64,000 nucleotides of DNA. It comes from Eledone cirrhosa (lineage: Eukaryota). The translations under genes were made by a program, and so were the position numbers. Within the stretch, counting starts at the first letter, position 1; every line of letters starts with the position of its first letter. This document shows positions 42,279 through 60,953 of this stretch, one piece after another. The stretch is taken from assembly GCA_964016885.1 (NCBI GenBank), contig OZ024742.1, positions 126,852,001 through 126,916,000 on the forward strand, given 5' to 3'. Below the pieces are notes generated by a model, which had not been told where the DNA came from, did not search any database, and saw only the letters and a list, made by a program, of their open reading frames with translations.

Positions 42279-42851
42279 GTGAGAGGGAGAGGAAGTAGCT
42301 AATATCTAATAAAGTGTGTTTTGTATTGACAATTTTAGCAACATGACCATACGAATATATAACTATATCCGTTTTAACACACGATTTCACATAAAGAATC
42401 TTCTAAAACAAATACATAACCGTGTGGGTGTGTGTATGTGTGTGGGTGGGTGTATGTGTGTGTGTGTGTGTGTGTGCACTGTTAATATATAATTTACTGC
42501 GGAATGCAAGGCATTGTGAATAATTCAACAATAACTTAATATATTATTGAAGATGGAAGAAGCAACAAAAACATTAATATCTTAGTTCCTGTATATAGGC
42601 TAAAATCTGGAGAAAGATATGATTGAGTGATTACCATCATTTTAGCAGACTCGTTACGATAAATACGATTCCATGACACCATGCATGGGAAGTAAACGTT
42701 AATATTTACTCTATCTATATTTTGAGTTGCTTCCCTTTATTTTACTTGCGTTGTTCTGTTTATTGCCTACTGATAACACAAATGTCACAGATCACAGTCA
42801 CACTACTTCACAGCACACAAATCATATACATTCTTCACAGCACCCAACATT

Positions 42852-46425
<3,574 letters not shown>

Positions 46426-46462
46426 ATATATAAGAACAAATGATGGTTAAAGGAGTTCCATG

Positions 46463-46533
46463 TATTTTATTATGCGCATTTCAAAAACAAATATCATCAT
46501 GCAATAATATTTGTGTTTTCATCAGATAAAACA
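46463..46533 (-). ncRNA. Type I hammerhead ribozyme (same family as the 16.6-kb pair)
   Basis: Minus strand reads TGTTTTAT-CTGATGA-AAACACAAATATTATT(GCAT)GATGATATTTGTTTTT-GAAA-TGCGCA-TA/ATAAAATA. Long stem II, perfect ATGCGCAT palindrome, cut between 46471 and 46470. Confidence 0.87.
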
Positions 46534-46856
46534 GGAGGACATGATATGAAGGCTAAAAAACACTTGTGGATAGTTCAGTTTTAAATCAACATATGAGAAG
46601 TAGTTTTAGATTGATGTGTGATATTGGGAAAAATATTTTATTTAGAGGGGGGTGGGGTGGAAAGGATGAAAAAAAGAGGAGGAGATGAGAGTGAAGGTGG
46701 AGAGGGAGGAGTAGGCAAAGTATAACAAACTATTTATAAAATCTACGTTGGATCCCATTGTTCGGCACCTTTGGCGTCGTCGGTTTGCACGACTAACGTT
46801 TGGAATTTACAAAATATTGAATTTAAGCATACAAACTATGATTGACTTATGTCAAG

Positions 46857-47170
46857 TCAGGCTTCGGCCTGCTACTGGTACCATGTAACCCAGTACAACC
46901 TGCTTCATGGGCGAATGGGTGGCGTCTAAACAGGCTTCCCCACCAGATCTTTGTCTGGTGAGCAGGGTAAGTCGAACCCCAGCGGCACAAAAAACAAGAG
47001 CTGTTAAAAGAAGGGACGAACCCCTCAGCGTCAACGGTCATTTGCCCCAAACACTGGGTTAAATAGCCTCACCAACCCGCAATTGGCCAAGCGTGGTGCG
47101 TACAGTTACTTCCCTGACATGGCCCAAACCAATCAGAGTGGGTTTGAGGTCAACCAGAGAGGGTTTCCTC
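46857..47170 (+). mobile_element. Probable RTE-type LINE 5'-UTR fragment, structured
   Basis: GC-rich island with CAGGC(TTCG)GCCTG, TACTGG..CCAGTA and CACCAGA..TCTGGTG hairpins, plus CAACCTGC...GGCGAATGGG resembling the 3' end of HDV-like ribozymes found in RTE leaders. Confidence 0.4.
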
Positions 47171-47540
47171 TAACAGAAGTGAGAAGGCTCTAGATTGGAT
47201 ACATGCCATTAATTCATAGCGCACTGTTTACGTATTGGACAGTGGTTGATTATTTGAAATGTCTAACTGCACATTGACGAAGTCTCTAAAAGTCCATCTA
47301 TAAAAATAGCGACTAAACCCAGAAAACTACAACAGTGATTTAATATATAAAATGGATGCATGCATGTTTCAACCACTATGCTTCAGTTTTGCCCTTGTTA
47401 TGCCATCGGACCATACGTTTGATCAGATCGCAGAGGCAGCGAATTAGATATTTGGCGGAGCAAATTCCACGCCATCTCTTAATACAGCCGATTTCTTCCT
47501 CTCCCTTACAGAGAGAGAGAGAGATAGGGAGAGAGAGAGG

Positions 47541-47595
<55 letters not shown>

Positions 47596-47784
47596 TCGAC
47601 CTTAGTACTGTTACGATTTTACAGAAATTCGCCTAAAAACAAATTTATAAAAATTTGCTGTAAAATAAAAATAAAAAGTGTTATTGTGATGTAGTTATTG
47701 TGATCTTTCTTTTTCTTTTTTTCAAAAAATGTCTTACTAATGCGGTTTCGTGTGGATGTTTCTTTCTGTCCTGTAACTCTATAT

Positions 47785-48076
47785 GGAGTCGGAAGGACGC
47801 TGTATCGGCATACGGCGTTTCTCAGGCATTTTAAACCTGGCGGAGCCAATCAACTCTGCAGACCTGAATACATCATATTTCTTCCAGAGAAGAATAGAGA
47901 ATGAGAGAATGGAAGAGAGAAAAATATATAGAGAAAGTATCGATATTAGTACTAGATTATTTTTATCGACTTCGAAGGGATGAGAGTCAAAGTTGACCAC
48001 GGTGGGATTTCAACTCAGAGAACAGAAAGCTGATACGAATACCACAAAGCATTCTAACAATTTGCCAATTCGCCGC
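47785..48076 (-). mobile_element. Family A long-tail SINE
   Basis: Tail GGCATTTTAAACCTGGCGGAGCC, core and head. Confidence 0.8.
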
Positions 48077-48639
48077 TTTGTTTCGTGTTTTACAGAACGC
48101 TAAACATTAAATAGTAAATTAATTTCTGTATCTGGAAACAGAACATATGGTCACATTGTCACAGCTACCTCTCCATATACAGGTCTTGACATCTGTAAGT
48201 TCGAGTACTGTGAGTTCGAGGAAGGGGTCGGATATACGGCAATGACAGTTTTTTATATTAATTCAATACAATCCAGGGCCTTTTCCCTCTTGTTGGAGGA
48301 TCCCTTCTCTAGTTGACGCCTCTGTAAAAACCGTAACATAAAAATCAACGTGATATTCCGTGAACAATGAGCCAACAAACGGCCTCTATATGGTCGCTTG
48401 ATCTGCTAAAAAAAGCAGCCAAATCTCATTAAAGTCACACGGTATTGTAAAGAAAATGCACATTAGATATTATATTCTGAGGTACGCAATGCCAGAAAAA
48501 TGGTGGAGTGGTCATAGCTGGAATACCTTAGATCATCATTGGTATTCCCCAAAAAACTGATCTACTACAAAGCAATAACAAGTTGCACAGACTATATAAC
48601 GAGGTGAGAATCTATAAAGCTGACAATCGAAGATGAATA

Positions 48640-48990
48640 ATTTCTATTACAGGCGCAATTTTCCAAATTTTGGAGGACGGAAGAGAATATAAAATAACAT
48701 TAACTCCAGTACTTCATCGAAACTTTATTTCACCGATCCTGAAAGGGTGGAAGACTAAGTTGATCATGGCATGATTTGAGCTCAGACTGTAAAGAAACGG
48801 AAAAAATACCACAAGGCATTTTGTCTGAGGATCTTACAATTCCACCAAACCTTCACATTCGATTAATACTTTATTAAGAGTGAAAAGTAAATTTGATTAT
48901 GACGGGATTTGAACTCGGAAATAAAATACTGGAACAAATAATGCAAGGTATTTTGTCCGATGCCCTACCGATTCCGCCAATCCATTGCTC
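48640..48990 (-). mobile_element. Degenerate family A SINEs
   Basis: GGGATTTGAACTCGG and CCGATTCCGCCAATCC motifs. Confidence 0.6.
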
Positions 48991-51159
48991 TCAATCGAAG
49001 TTAAATGAACCTAATTGATGTTCATATAAAGGTTATCCGCGTGGCTAAAATATCATAAATAATTGTGGCTATTGTAACTGCCCCAATTTCATAATTTGGC
49101 ATATATCTCCTTAGAATACATTCTATCATTATTTTTTTAACACCATTGTCTGCCAGAATGAAGAACTAATTAAACGTTTAAAAACCCGTTACTACAATTT
49201 CCTGACTTTTTTACATGTAATAATCTGTAATAAACGCATGTACTGACATCTCAATTATCACACCCTACCATAGAACCTACCCACTTCATATACAGACATA
49301 GCACTTCAGAATACTAACCTTCAACATTTATATTAACCCACCTGTTGTTTTTCATTGATATCCTTTCTACACCCTACACCCAGACCCACAAAAGGCTGGT
49401 AATAAGACAACCCAAATGTGAAGTCTAGGCCAAACCCCTAATTCAAATTACTCATTAAGTATTTTACTAATTAATGTTAAATATGATTTATGTATGGGTC
49501 ACGGGTAGGGTAAAATGTACATGTGTATAAACTGTACTTAAATATAACAGAGCTAAAAATGGATTCGAATATAGAAGGCCCCCTTTAAAATTGTAGGCTC
49601 GTGCCAACTGGTCTACCCTATGATCTGGCCTGCATACAACAATTGGTATATTAAGTTTAACATTCTACTTGTACACGGTTTAAAGAAACTCATTCTTCCG
49701 TTTTTTTGTGCTTCACTATTTTTTGCAATTACATATATAAGAAACCATTATTTTTTGCAATTACACCAAACCTCAACTGTTCAGCTACCACATTATGTAT
49801 TACAGTATATTACAGATGTAGTATATTCTATATTCCTTCTTATAAAACTATGCTTCACCGAAGGAAATGAATATTTAACTCTCGCTGGTGTCTTAAGAGC
49901 ACAGTTCTGAGACACGGGATGTGTGTCGAGGATTTAAAACCCAGTGGAACCCATTCCTCTCTAGGTCTAAATTCAGTGTCAGACACAGACTGAAGTACGT
50001 CAGCTGAAAAAGGACTGGTCGCTGTTAGATGGGCTTTTCATTGCGATCTTGGCTGTAGAAGCATCTAGTATCCTGGGTCCCAGAACCATCTCCCTATTCA
50101 CTGCAATGGAAATAGGGATAGCCAACTGCTAGAACGAGTCCTGCGAGTTGGACTGGCGCTTTCAGCGGATCTCCTGCGCCAATATCCGCAAATTCCTCTA
50201 AATTATAGTTATTTTCAAAATTAATTGAAACACTAGGCAGTGTATTTCCTTAGATATATGGTAATAAAATGATTAACAGTAAATTAACAACCTTCCATAT
50301 ACAACATGTAGAAAACATGATAGCATCACATTATATGTTAGAGTCTTTGGTCTAATACTGCAAATATTTGCAACGGTCAACTAAAGATACTATAAACATT
50401 TGAAATAACAAAGCCAATTTTAAATCTTTTTCTACTAAATCATTACAACAATAAAAAAAATCATATATTAGGAATTATGAAATATCACCTCTTCTATCTT
50501 GACAAACGTTGTTGGAATGGAGGGCAATAAACAACAGAGTCACTGTATTATATCGATGTTATGTTAGCTAGCAGCCGAATGTCACTTTACACCTGTTATT
50601 TCGTTATATTTTAATAGAAAGCTGATTTATAACAGACATTCCATCCTGCTGTGTGACGTGAGGTGAGCAGAAGGTCACTGAAAACAAGATGAGATAAAAC
50701 ACGCATATACACATTCATAGCCACAGACACACATACACACATTCATAGCCACGTTAATAACGTATTTGATGTAGTAAACAAAGACATTTAATTCATTCAA
50801 ATTATATCTTTGGTGATGTGAATAATTAAATGTGGAATGTTGTGGGAAAACACTCCGATTATTAGCTATGCAGTGACAACTCCAGATGTGTTTCGATATT
50901 ATTGGATCTCCTCAACGAAAATCTAAACGTTACCGTAATGTTTTAGAATGAATAGAGAAATATATAGAATTTTAGTGAATGAATAATGGCATTATAAATG
51001 AAATGAATGTTTGAGAAAAATACTCAGAGATGCTTTCTGCGTGAAAATTAATCGTAAAGTGGGCGCTACCATACGTGATATAGGAGGTCTCATGCGTGGG
51101 TTTAATCTCCGTTTGTTGAGATTAGGAGCTTTCTAGTTCTTAGAATAACCTACTCGTAA

Positions 51160-51395
51160 AATGTACGTGCAAATAGCTGAGCATTTCACAGACAAGTGTA
51201 GCCATAACGTAATTCTCAGCAAGATTCATTGTGGCAGTGTGCAACATGGCTGCCCTTTTGAAATACAGGTACAGCCCATTTTCTGCCAACTAAATGAACT
51301 AGAGCAACGTGAAAAAGTGTCTTGCTCAAGGACAAACAAGCCACCGCGATTGAACTTAACATCTTACGGTCGTGAGCTAAATACTCACACATTAT
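51160..51395 (-). mobile_element. Family B SINE
   Basis: AGCAACGTGAAAAAGTGTCTTGCTCAAGGACA body. Confidence 0.75.
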
Positions 51396-52829
51396 GCATG
51401 CAAACACATCCACATATGTTCTCAGCTGCATACACATAGAAACATCATATGTATATACATGTCTAGTCACCAACTTACAGTGATGCAGTAAAAATATTAA
51501 TCACATCGATCTGGGAGGGCTTCCGAAGGTCATGAACACAACCCCTTACTTCAGATCAAACCAATAAAACAAAACATAGCTGCTCGTGTAATTATTGATC
51601 TCTGACATAGGCATAAGCTCACAAATTTGTGGCGAAAGTTTAGTGAATTATATCGATCCCCGTCTATTTGAATAAAACTTTAAACTATTGTTAATTCTTA
51701 GAAACCGAAAACGTCTTGACAGTGTCCCCGCAGAATAGGATCGACAGCGACATCACATATTTACGAAACGAATAACTTATTCGTACAGCCATATAGTTGA
51801 GTCAACGAAAAAGCGTTAAAGTGGTCACTCAGTCAGCAAGAAATAGCAGCCAAGTCACAAAACGCTGCCTTTAAAAACGGATATTGAACCGGGTCTAAGG
51901 TTTCCAGGAGAGTAAAAAAAGAAAACACTAAATAGTCATGACGGGAATGTCTTTCATTATAGCTCTGTTAGATAAAGGGTATTTTATTTTATCGACACCG
52001 GAAGGGCTATAGGCTAAGTTAAATTCTATGGGATTTGAACTTCAAAGCTTGTTCATTGATGTGACAAAACCCATTTATATAATAGCAATTTTTTTCGAGG
52101 AGGTATTTTTCTAATTCAAAACACAAACTGGTTGTAGTCTCCTTTTTTTATTTTTAATCTGTCATTTCAATAGTTTTTCGTCACGCTCCCGAGACCTTAT
52201 CAATGAAAATGTGGAGAAACACATAGTGCATAGGTAACATGTATAAAATGTTTGGTAACATAGAGGACGTCTTGAGAGAGATAGAGACAGAAAGAATCAC
52301 AAAACCATTACTTGACTTCAGAATATAGTATAGTAGAACGAATAGTTGACTATATCGAAATAGTTTGGGTGAAATTTGTAGCAAACAACATCGATTGTTT
52401 AGAAACACAGTCAAGGACAAAATACAATATAAATGTATTAAAACTTATATAATTTAACAAAGAAACGAACTTTGAAACAGTCCTAGACAATATTATATCA
52501 AATTTACTTCTTTTGAAAAGAAATATTGAATTTCTATTTTGGCTGACAATGTTATTTAATACTAGCAGCAGTACTCAATCTCCCTCGGGTTTTATTAATC
52601 TAGAAGAAATACAATTACATAAATTCACTGTTTTTTTTATAGATAAAATGCTTTAAAAAGATAGACAGAATTCGGTAGATCTGGGAATGTTGCTTCATAC
52701 AAGTAATTAAGAAGAAGGCTCAAGTTAAGATCCATAAAAATGATTACGTTATGGCCCATTAAAAGAAGTGTACCTCAATAAAATTTCAACTAATATGCAG
52801 AATTCATTGTTATAAACATTCACACGTTC

Positions 52830-53540
52830 ATACACACACGCACACGCACACATATATGTATATATACATATATATATACACATATATATACATATATATG
52901 CACATATATATACACATATATATACACATATATATACATATATATACATATATATATACACATATATATATACACATATATATACATATATATATACACA
53001 TATATATACATATATATATACACACATATATATATATATACATACACACATATATATACACATGCACAAATATATATACACATATATATATACATATATA
53101 CACACATATATATATATACACATATATATACACATATATATACACATATATATACACATATATATACACATATATATACACATATATATACATACACATA
53201 CATATATATATATACACATATATATGCATACTTACACACACACATATATATATATACATACACACATATATATATATATACATACACATATATATATATA
53301 TATATATACATATATATACACATATATATATACATACATACACACACATATATATATACACACACACATATAACAACTAAAAATTTATTAACATATAAAT
53401 AAACATATGAAACAATCACAGGGGATAATTTTTACAAGTGTGTAAGCACACATAGCTAGGTAGGTTATTAATTAAAGCTAATTAGAAGTTCAAAAATAGA
53501 TACCATATAATATATATATATATGTATATATGCGTGTATG

Positions 53541-53571
<31 letters not shown>

Positions 53572-53591
53572 ATACATACACACATATAGAC

Positions 53592-53622
<31 letters not shown>

Positions 53623-54438
53623 TATACATATATATACGCATATATATATATACATATATATACGCATATATATATATACATATATATACGCATATATATA
53701 TATATACATATATATACGCATATGTATATATACATATATATACGCATATGTATATATACATATATATACGCATATATATATATACATATATATATATACG
53801 CATATATATATATACATATATATACGCATATATATACATATATATACGCATATATATATATATACATATATATATACGCATATATACATATATACATATA
53901 CATATATATATATACACATATACATATACATATATATACACATACATATATATACACATATATATATACACATATATAATTACATATATATATATACATA
54001 TATATATACACATATATACACATATATATACATATATATACACATATATATACACATATATATACACATATATATACACATATTTATACATACACATACA
54101 TATATATATATACACATATATATGCATACTTACACACACACATATATATATATACATACACACATATATATATATATACATACACACATATATATATATA
54201 TATATACATATATATACACATATATATATACATACATACACACACATATATATATACATACACACATATAACAACTAAAAATTTATTAACATATAAATAA
54301 ACATATGAAACAATCACAGGGGATAATTTTTACAAGTGTGTAAGCACACATAGCTAGGTAGGTTATTAAATAAAGCTAACTAGAAGTTCAAAAATAGATA
54401 CCATATAATATATATATATATGTATATATGCGTGTATG

Positions 54439-54469
<31 letters not shown>

Positions 54470-55113
54470 ATATACATACACACATATAGACATATATATA
54501 TATATATATATACATATATATACATATATATACGCATATATATATATACATATATATACGCATATATATATATACATATATATACGCATATATATATATA
54601 TACATATATATACGCATATGTATATATACATATATATACGCATATGTATATATACATATATATACGCATATATATATATACATATATATATACGCATATA
54701 TATATATACATATATATACGCATATATATACATATATATACGCATATATATATATATACATATATATATACGCATATATATATATATACATATATATACG
54801 CATATATATACATATATATACGCATATATACATATATACATATACATATATATATATACACATATACATATACATATATATACACATACATATATATACA
54901 CATATATATACACATATATAATTACATATATATATATACATATATATATACACATATATACACATATATATACATATATATACACATATATATACATATA
55001 TATATACACATATATATATATACACATATATATATCTACACACATATATATACATATATATACACATATATATATACACATATATATATATACACATATA
55101 TATATCTACACAC

Positions 55114-55160
<47 letters not shown>

Positions 55161-55661
55161 TATATACATATATATATATATACACACACATATATATATA
55201 CACACATATATATATAAATATATATATATACACACATATATATATACACACACATATATATATAAATATATATATATACACACATATATATATACACATA
55301 TATATATACACACATATATACACATATATATATACACATATATATATATACACATATATATACACATATATATACATATATATATATATACATATATATA
55401 CACATATATATATACATATATATATACATATATATATATACATATATATATACATATATATATATACATATATATATGCATATATATATATACATATATA
55501 TATACATATATATATATACATATATATACATATATATACATATATATACATATATATACATATATATATATACATATATATACATACATATATATATATA
55601 TACATATATATACATATATATACATACATATATATACATATATATATATACATATATATAC

Positions 55662-55706
<45 letters not shown>

Positions 55707-55707
55707 C

Positions 55708-55772
<65 letters not shown>

Positions 55773-55813
55773 CATATATATATATACATATATATATATA
55801 CACATATATATAC

Positions 55814-55846
<33 letters not shown>

Positions 55847-56653
55847 CATATATAAATATATACACATATATATATACACATATATATGCATATATATACA
55901 CATATATATACACATATACATAATTATATATATATATATACATATATATATATACACATATATATATATACACATATATATATACACATATATATATATA
56001 TACGCATATATATACACACATATATATATACACATATATATACATATATATATAAACATATATATACATATATATATAAACATATATATACATATATATA
56101 TACACATATATATATATACATATATATATACATATATATATATACACACATATATATATACACATATATATATACACATATATATATACACACACATATA
56201 TATATACACATATATATATACACACACATATATATACATATATATATATACATATATATACACATATATACATATATATATATATACACATATATATACA
56301 TATATATATACACATATATATATACACATATATATATACATATATATATACATCTATATATACATATATATATATACACATATATATACATATATATATA
56401 TATACACATATATATACATACACACATATATATATATACATATATATACACACATATATATACACACATATATATATATACATATATATATATATACATA
56501 TGTATATATACATATATATATACACATATATATACACATATATATACATATATATATACACATATATATACATATATATACACATATATATACACATATA
56601 CATACATATATATATAGACATATATATAAATATATATATACACACATATAATA

Positions 56654-56713
<60 letters not shown>

Positions 56714-56725
56714 GATATATATATA
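52830..56725. repeat. Interrupted (TA)n/(CA)n array containing an ~898-bp tandem duplication
   Basis: A unique ~140-bp spacer ACAACTAAAAATTTATT...AATAGATACC occurs at 53373 and 54271 with matching flanking variant patterns. Confidence 0.95.
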
Positions 56726-58060
56726 AAGGTTTGAATATGTATAATAAAGCCAAAACAATGCAGGTATAGACATAGAATAAAGAATGCAAATGCAAAAGAT
56801 ATTGTTGAGAATTAATCTTTTACCTTAGATTTATTTAAATGTCCTTAATTTTCGAGATAATATCTCTTTTACATAGGGAAATAAAGGTCTCAAACCAGCG
56901 TTCTAAATAGCTTGCCAAGTCATGCTGACAGGAAATGGTATAGAGTATCTGTTCTATCTCTAATGTCAAAAAAGCCGCCAGCAGGGACCTGTTCGTACAT
57001 TTCAGATCGGCCCTCCCACTCGCTGCCAAGTTAGGATACATAAGGAACGAACTGGCACGTATCCAGAACAAATGCACCGACGCTAGAGACCGAGACACAC
57101 ACACCACACATTTCCTGGAAGTACTCAAACTGAACGGATACACGACATCCACCACAAACCGTGCCAGAAAGAACAGAGGACACCACACCCGAGGCACTAA
57201 CACTTGCTTCCTGAAGCTCCCACACTTCAGTGAAGAAACAACAACAGCCATCCGCAGAGCTATCAGACGAGAGGGACTAGATATCCAACTGGCCCACTCA
57301 GGTCCTTCTCTACGCGGACAGCTAACCAAAAGACACTCCACCAGACATGACAACTGCTGCAGCCTAGCCAACTGCCTCATCAACGACACAGACCTATGCC
57401 ACCAGGCTTACGTCGTATACAGACTAGAGTGTGACAAATGCAACAACTTCTACGTAGGTAGCACCACCAGACCACTCCACATAAGAATAAAAGAACACCT
57501 CAATACTAACGCTTCCTCATTTAAGAAACACCTAGTTAAATGCAAAAACACTGACAAAACCATAACAGTTAGGATAGAAACTAAGGAAAGAAACCTCGGC
57601 AATCTTAGAATTAAGGGAGCACTAATTATAGATAAAACACAACCAACAATCAATAATAGACTAGAACTCAACACCCAATTTATAACCTGATAGAGCTTCT
57701 AGCCCCATTTTTACACACACCCCACACACACACACGCACGCACGCACACACACACACACACGCTTACACCTCCACTTGTTCTCTCTCACACATACACACA
57801 CAAAACCAGTTCTAACACCAGATAACACCTATCCCCCACATTTACGAATAGACTTATCTTCTCACACTCACACACTCACATACTTACACCTTCATGCATT
57901 CTCCCACACACTTAAACGGGCATGTATATAAAAAAAAACAAAATAAAAACAAAATAACCCCTTTTAAAGGGAGACTACTCTTTATCCACCTAATTTTAAC
58001 TCTTTGACATTAGAGATAGAACAGATACTCTATACCATTTCCTGTCAGCATGCTATTTAT
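56725..58060 (+). mobile_element. 5'-truncated Penelope-like retroelement with inverted terminal copy of its 3' region, flanked by (TA)n
   Basis: GIY-YIG ORF fragment. 56921-56970 is the exact 50-bp reverse complement of 58003-58052. Confidence 0.88.
56968..57690 (+). pseudogene. PLE RT-thumb plus GIY-YIG endonuclease C-terminal fragment (~240 open codons, no start codon, absent from the ORF track)
   Basis: Translation includes DLFVHFRSALPLAAKLGYIRNE, LKLNGY, LKLPHFS, CCSLANCLINDTDLC, VVYRLECDKCNNFYVGSTTRPLHIRIKEH and RIKGALII...PTIN. TGA at 57688-57690. Confidence 0.92.
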
Positions 58061-58594
58061 GAATTCATATGTATATATATATATATATATACATATGAAT
58101 TCCTTTTAGAGTTCATTGTCATGCGCATGTATTGTTTTTTTTGGCGGTAATTTACTTCCTCATTTTTGAATCAGTTTGAGCTTTTCTTTAGAACTGCTGG
58201 ACTGGCAACCTGACAGATACCTCAGGTACAGATGATGATTATCGCTAAATACTGATGTTGGTTAGATTATCAATATTAGTATTATTGGGGCACCCACTGA
58301 TGAATTATAGGAGCCCACTTGAATATATATCTATTGATGGTATACAAGCTCCTACATAAATTGGTATAATTTCACCCAAATTGTAGGAATCCTATAATGA
58401 AACAAGACGTCCGTCTGGGAAGAGATATATTCGATATGTCTCATATGAAATAATACAGCCAATTTTCCACGCAATACTTTTAGTTAGCACCCCGAACGCA
58501 TAATTGGGAATATAATCACTTATTTCCTAATGTTTGTTGAGTGAGTTGGAATTTGGCTGGAGTATCGCTAAAAAGCTTTCTCCGATATTGTATT

Positions 58595-58824
58595 TATATA
58601 TATACATATATATATACATATATATATATATATACATATATGTATATATATACATATATATATATATATACATATATATATACATATAAGTATATATATA
58701 CATATATATATATACATACATATATATATACATATATGTATATATATACATATATATATACATATAAGTATATATATACATATATATATATACATACATA
58801 TATATATATACATATATATACATA

Positions 58825-58886
<62 letters not shown>

Positions 58887-58904
58887 CATACATATATATA
58901 CATA

Positions 58905-58962
<58 letters not shown>

Positions 58963-58963
58963 C

Positions 58964-58997
<34 letters not shown>

Positions 58998-59577
58998 ACA
59001 TACATATATATATATATACATACATATATATATATATACATACATATATATATATACATACATATATATATATACATACATATATATATATACATATAAA
59101 TACATACATATATATATATACATACATATATATATATACATACATATATAAATATACATACATATATATATATATATATACATACATATATGCGCCTGCG
59201 CAGACCGGTGAGGGTGAATTGGTACTCACAGGGGAACGGATGAAGAATCCAAAAGCACACAATTCGTCCGTTCCCATGTCGATTCAATTTGGATTGCCTC
59301 GGAAACATAACCTTATTATGTAACAAGCTGTCTGGTGATGTCACGACACTCGCACACAGAACAGTGTGGCCAGTGTCGTCATTGAGATATATATATCACA
59401 GCATTATTATTAAAGGACTAACTTTGCCTTTCATCCTCACTATACACATATATATATATACATATATATATACACATATATATATACACATATATATATA
59501 TACACACATATATATATACACATATATATATACACATATATATATACACATATATATATACACATATATATATACAC

Positions 59578-59612
<35 letters not shown>

Positions 59613-59725
59613 CATATATATATACATATATATATATACATATATATATACATATATATATATATACATATATACATATATATATATACATATATATATA
59701 TACATATATATATATACATATATAC

Positions 59726-59778
<53 letters not shown>

Positions 59779-60145
59779 TATATACATATATATATATACA
59801 TATATATATACATATATATATATATATACATATATATATACATATATATATACATATATATATACATATATATATATACATATATATATACATATATATA
59901 TACATATATATATACATATATATATACATATATATATACATATATATATATACATATATATATACATATATATATACATATATATATACATATATATATA
60001 CATATATATATATACATATATATATATACATATATATATATACATATATATATACATATATATATATATACATATATATATACATATATATATACATATA
60101 TATATATACATATATATATACATATATATATACATATATATATAC

Positions 60146-60216
<71 letters not shown>

Positions 60217-60293
60217 CACATACATATATATACATATATATATATACACATATATATATATACATATATATATATACACATATATATATACAC

Positions 60294-60334
<41 letters not shown>

Positions 60335-60543
60335 TATATATATATATTAACACATATATATATATACACATATATATATATATATACACTAACACATATA
60401 TATATACACATATATATATATATATATATACACATATATATATATATATATATATTAACACACATATATATATATACACATATATATATACATATACACA
60501 TATATATATACATATATATATACATATACACATATATATATAC

Positions 60544-60574
<31 letters not shown>

Positions 60575-60589
60575 CACATTTATATATAC

Positions 60590-60621
<32 letters not shown>

Positions 60622-60628
60622 ATATATA
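58595..60628. repeat. (TA)n array with CA interruptions; structured island at 59191-59440
   Basis: Directly visible. Confidence 0.97.
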
Positions 60629-60629
60629 A

Positions 60630-60739
60630 TGGCTGCCTTCTCATTATCGAGTATGGCCATTGCACGAGAAAAAAATAAAATAAAATAAAATAAAAATACA
60701 TAAAAATAAATAAAATTAAATTAAATTAAATTAAAAAAA

Positions 60740-60770
<31 letters not shown>

Positions 60771-60918
60771 CACACACATACATACATACATATATATATA
60801 CACACATATATACATACACACGCATATATTAATAACAATAATAATAACGACAACAACAACAATAATAATATACATATACATATATATATACACAAACACG
60901 CACACACATAAACATATC

Positions 60919-60953
<35 letters not shown>

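Noticed and set aside
52561-52595. Minus-strand Helitron 3' end (ACCCG..GAGT..CTAG|T)
   Set aside because: The hairpin is degenerate and no 5' end or body could be identified.
56840-56925. Hammerhead or SECIS in the inverted PLE UTR (minus strand GAGAT-ATT-ATCTC-GAAA; ATGA..AA..GA)
   Set aside because: The core reads TGTAAAA and the SECIS stem pairs poorly. The ORF fragment has no in-frame internal TGA.
58290-58335. CTGATGA downstream of the PLE
   Set aside because: No stem II or GAAA.
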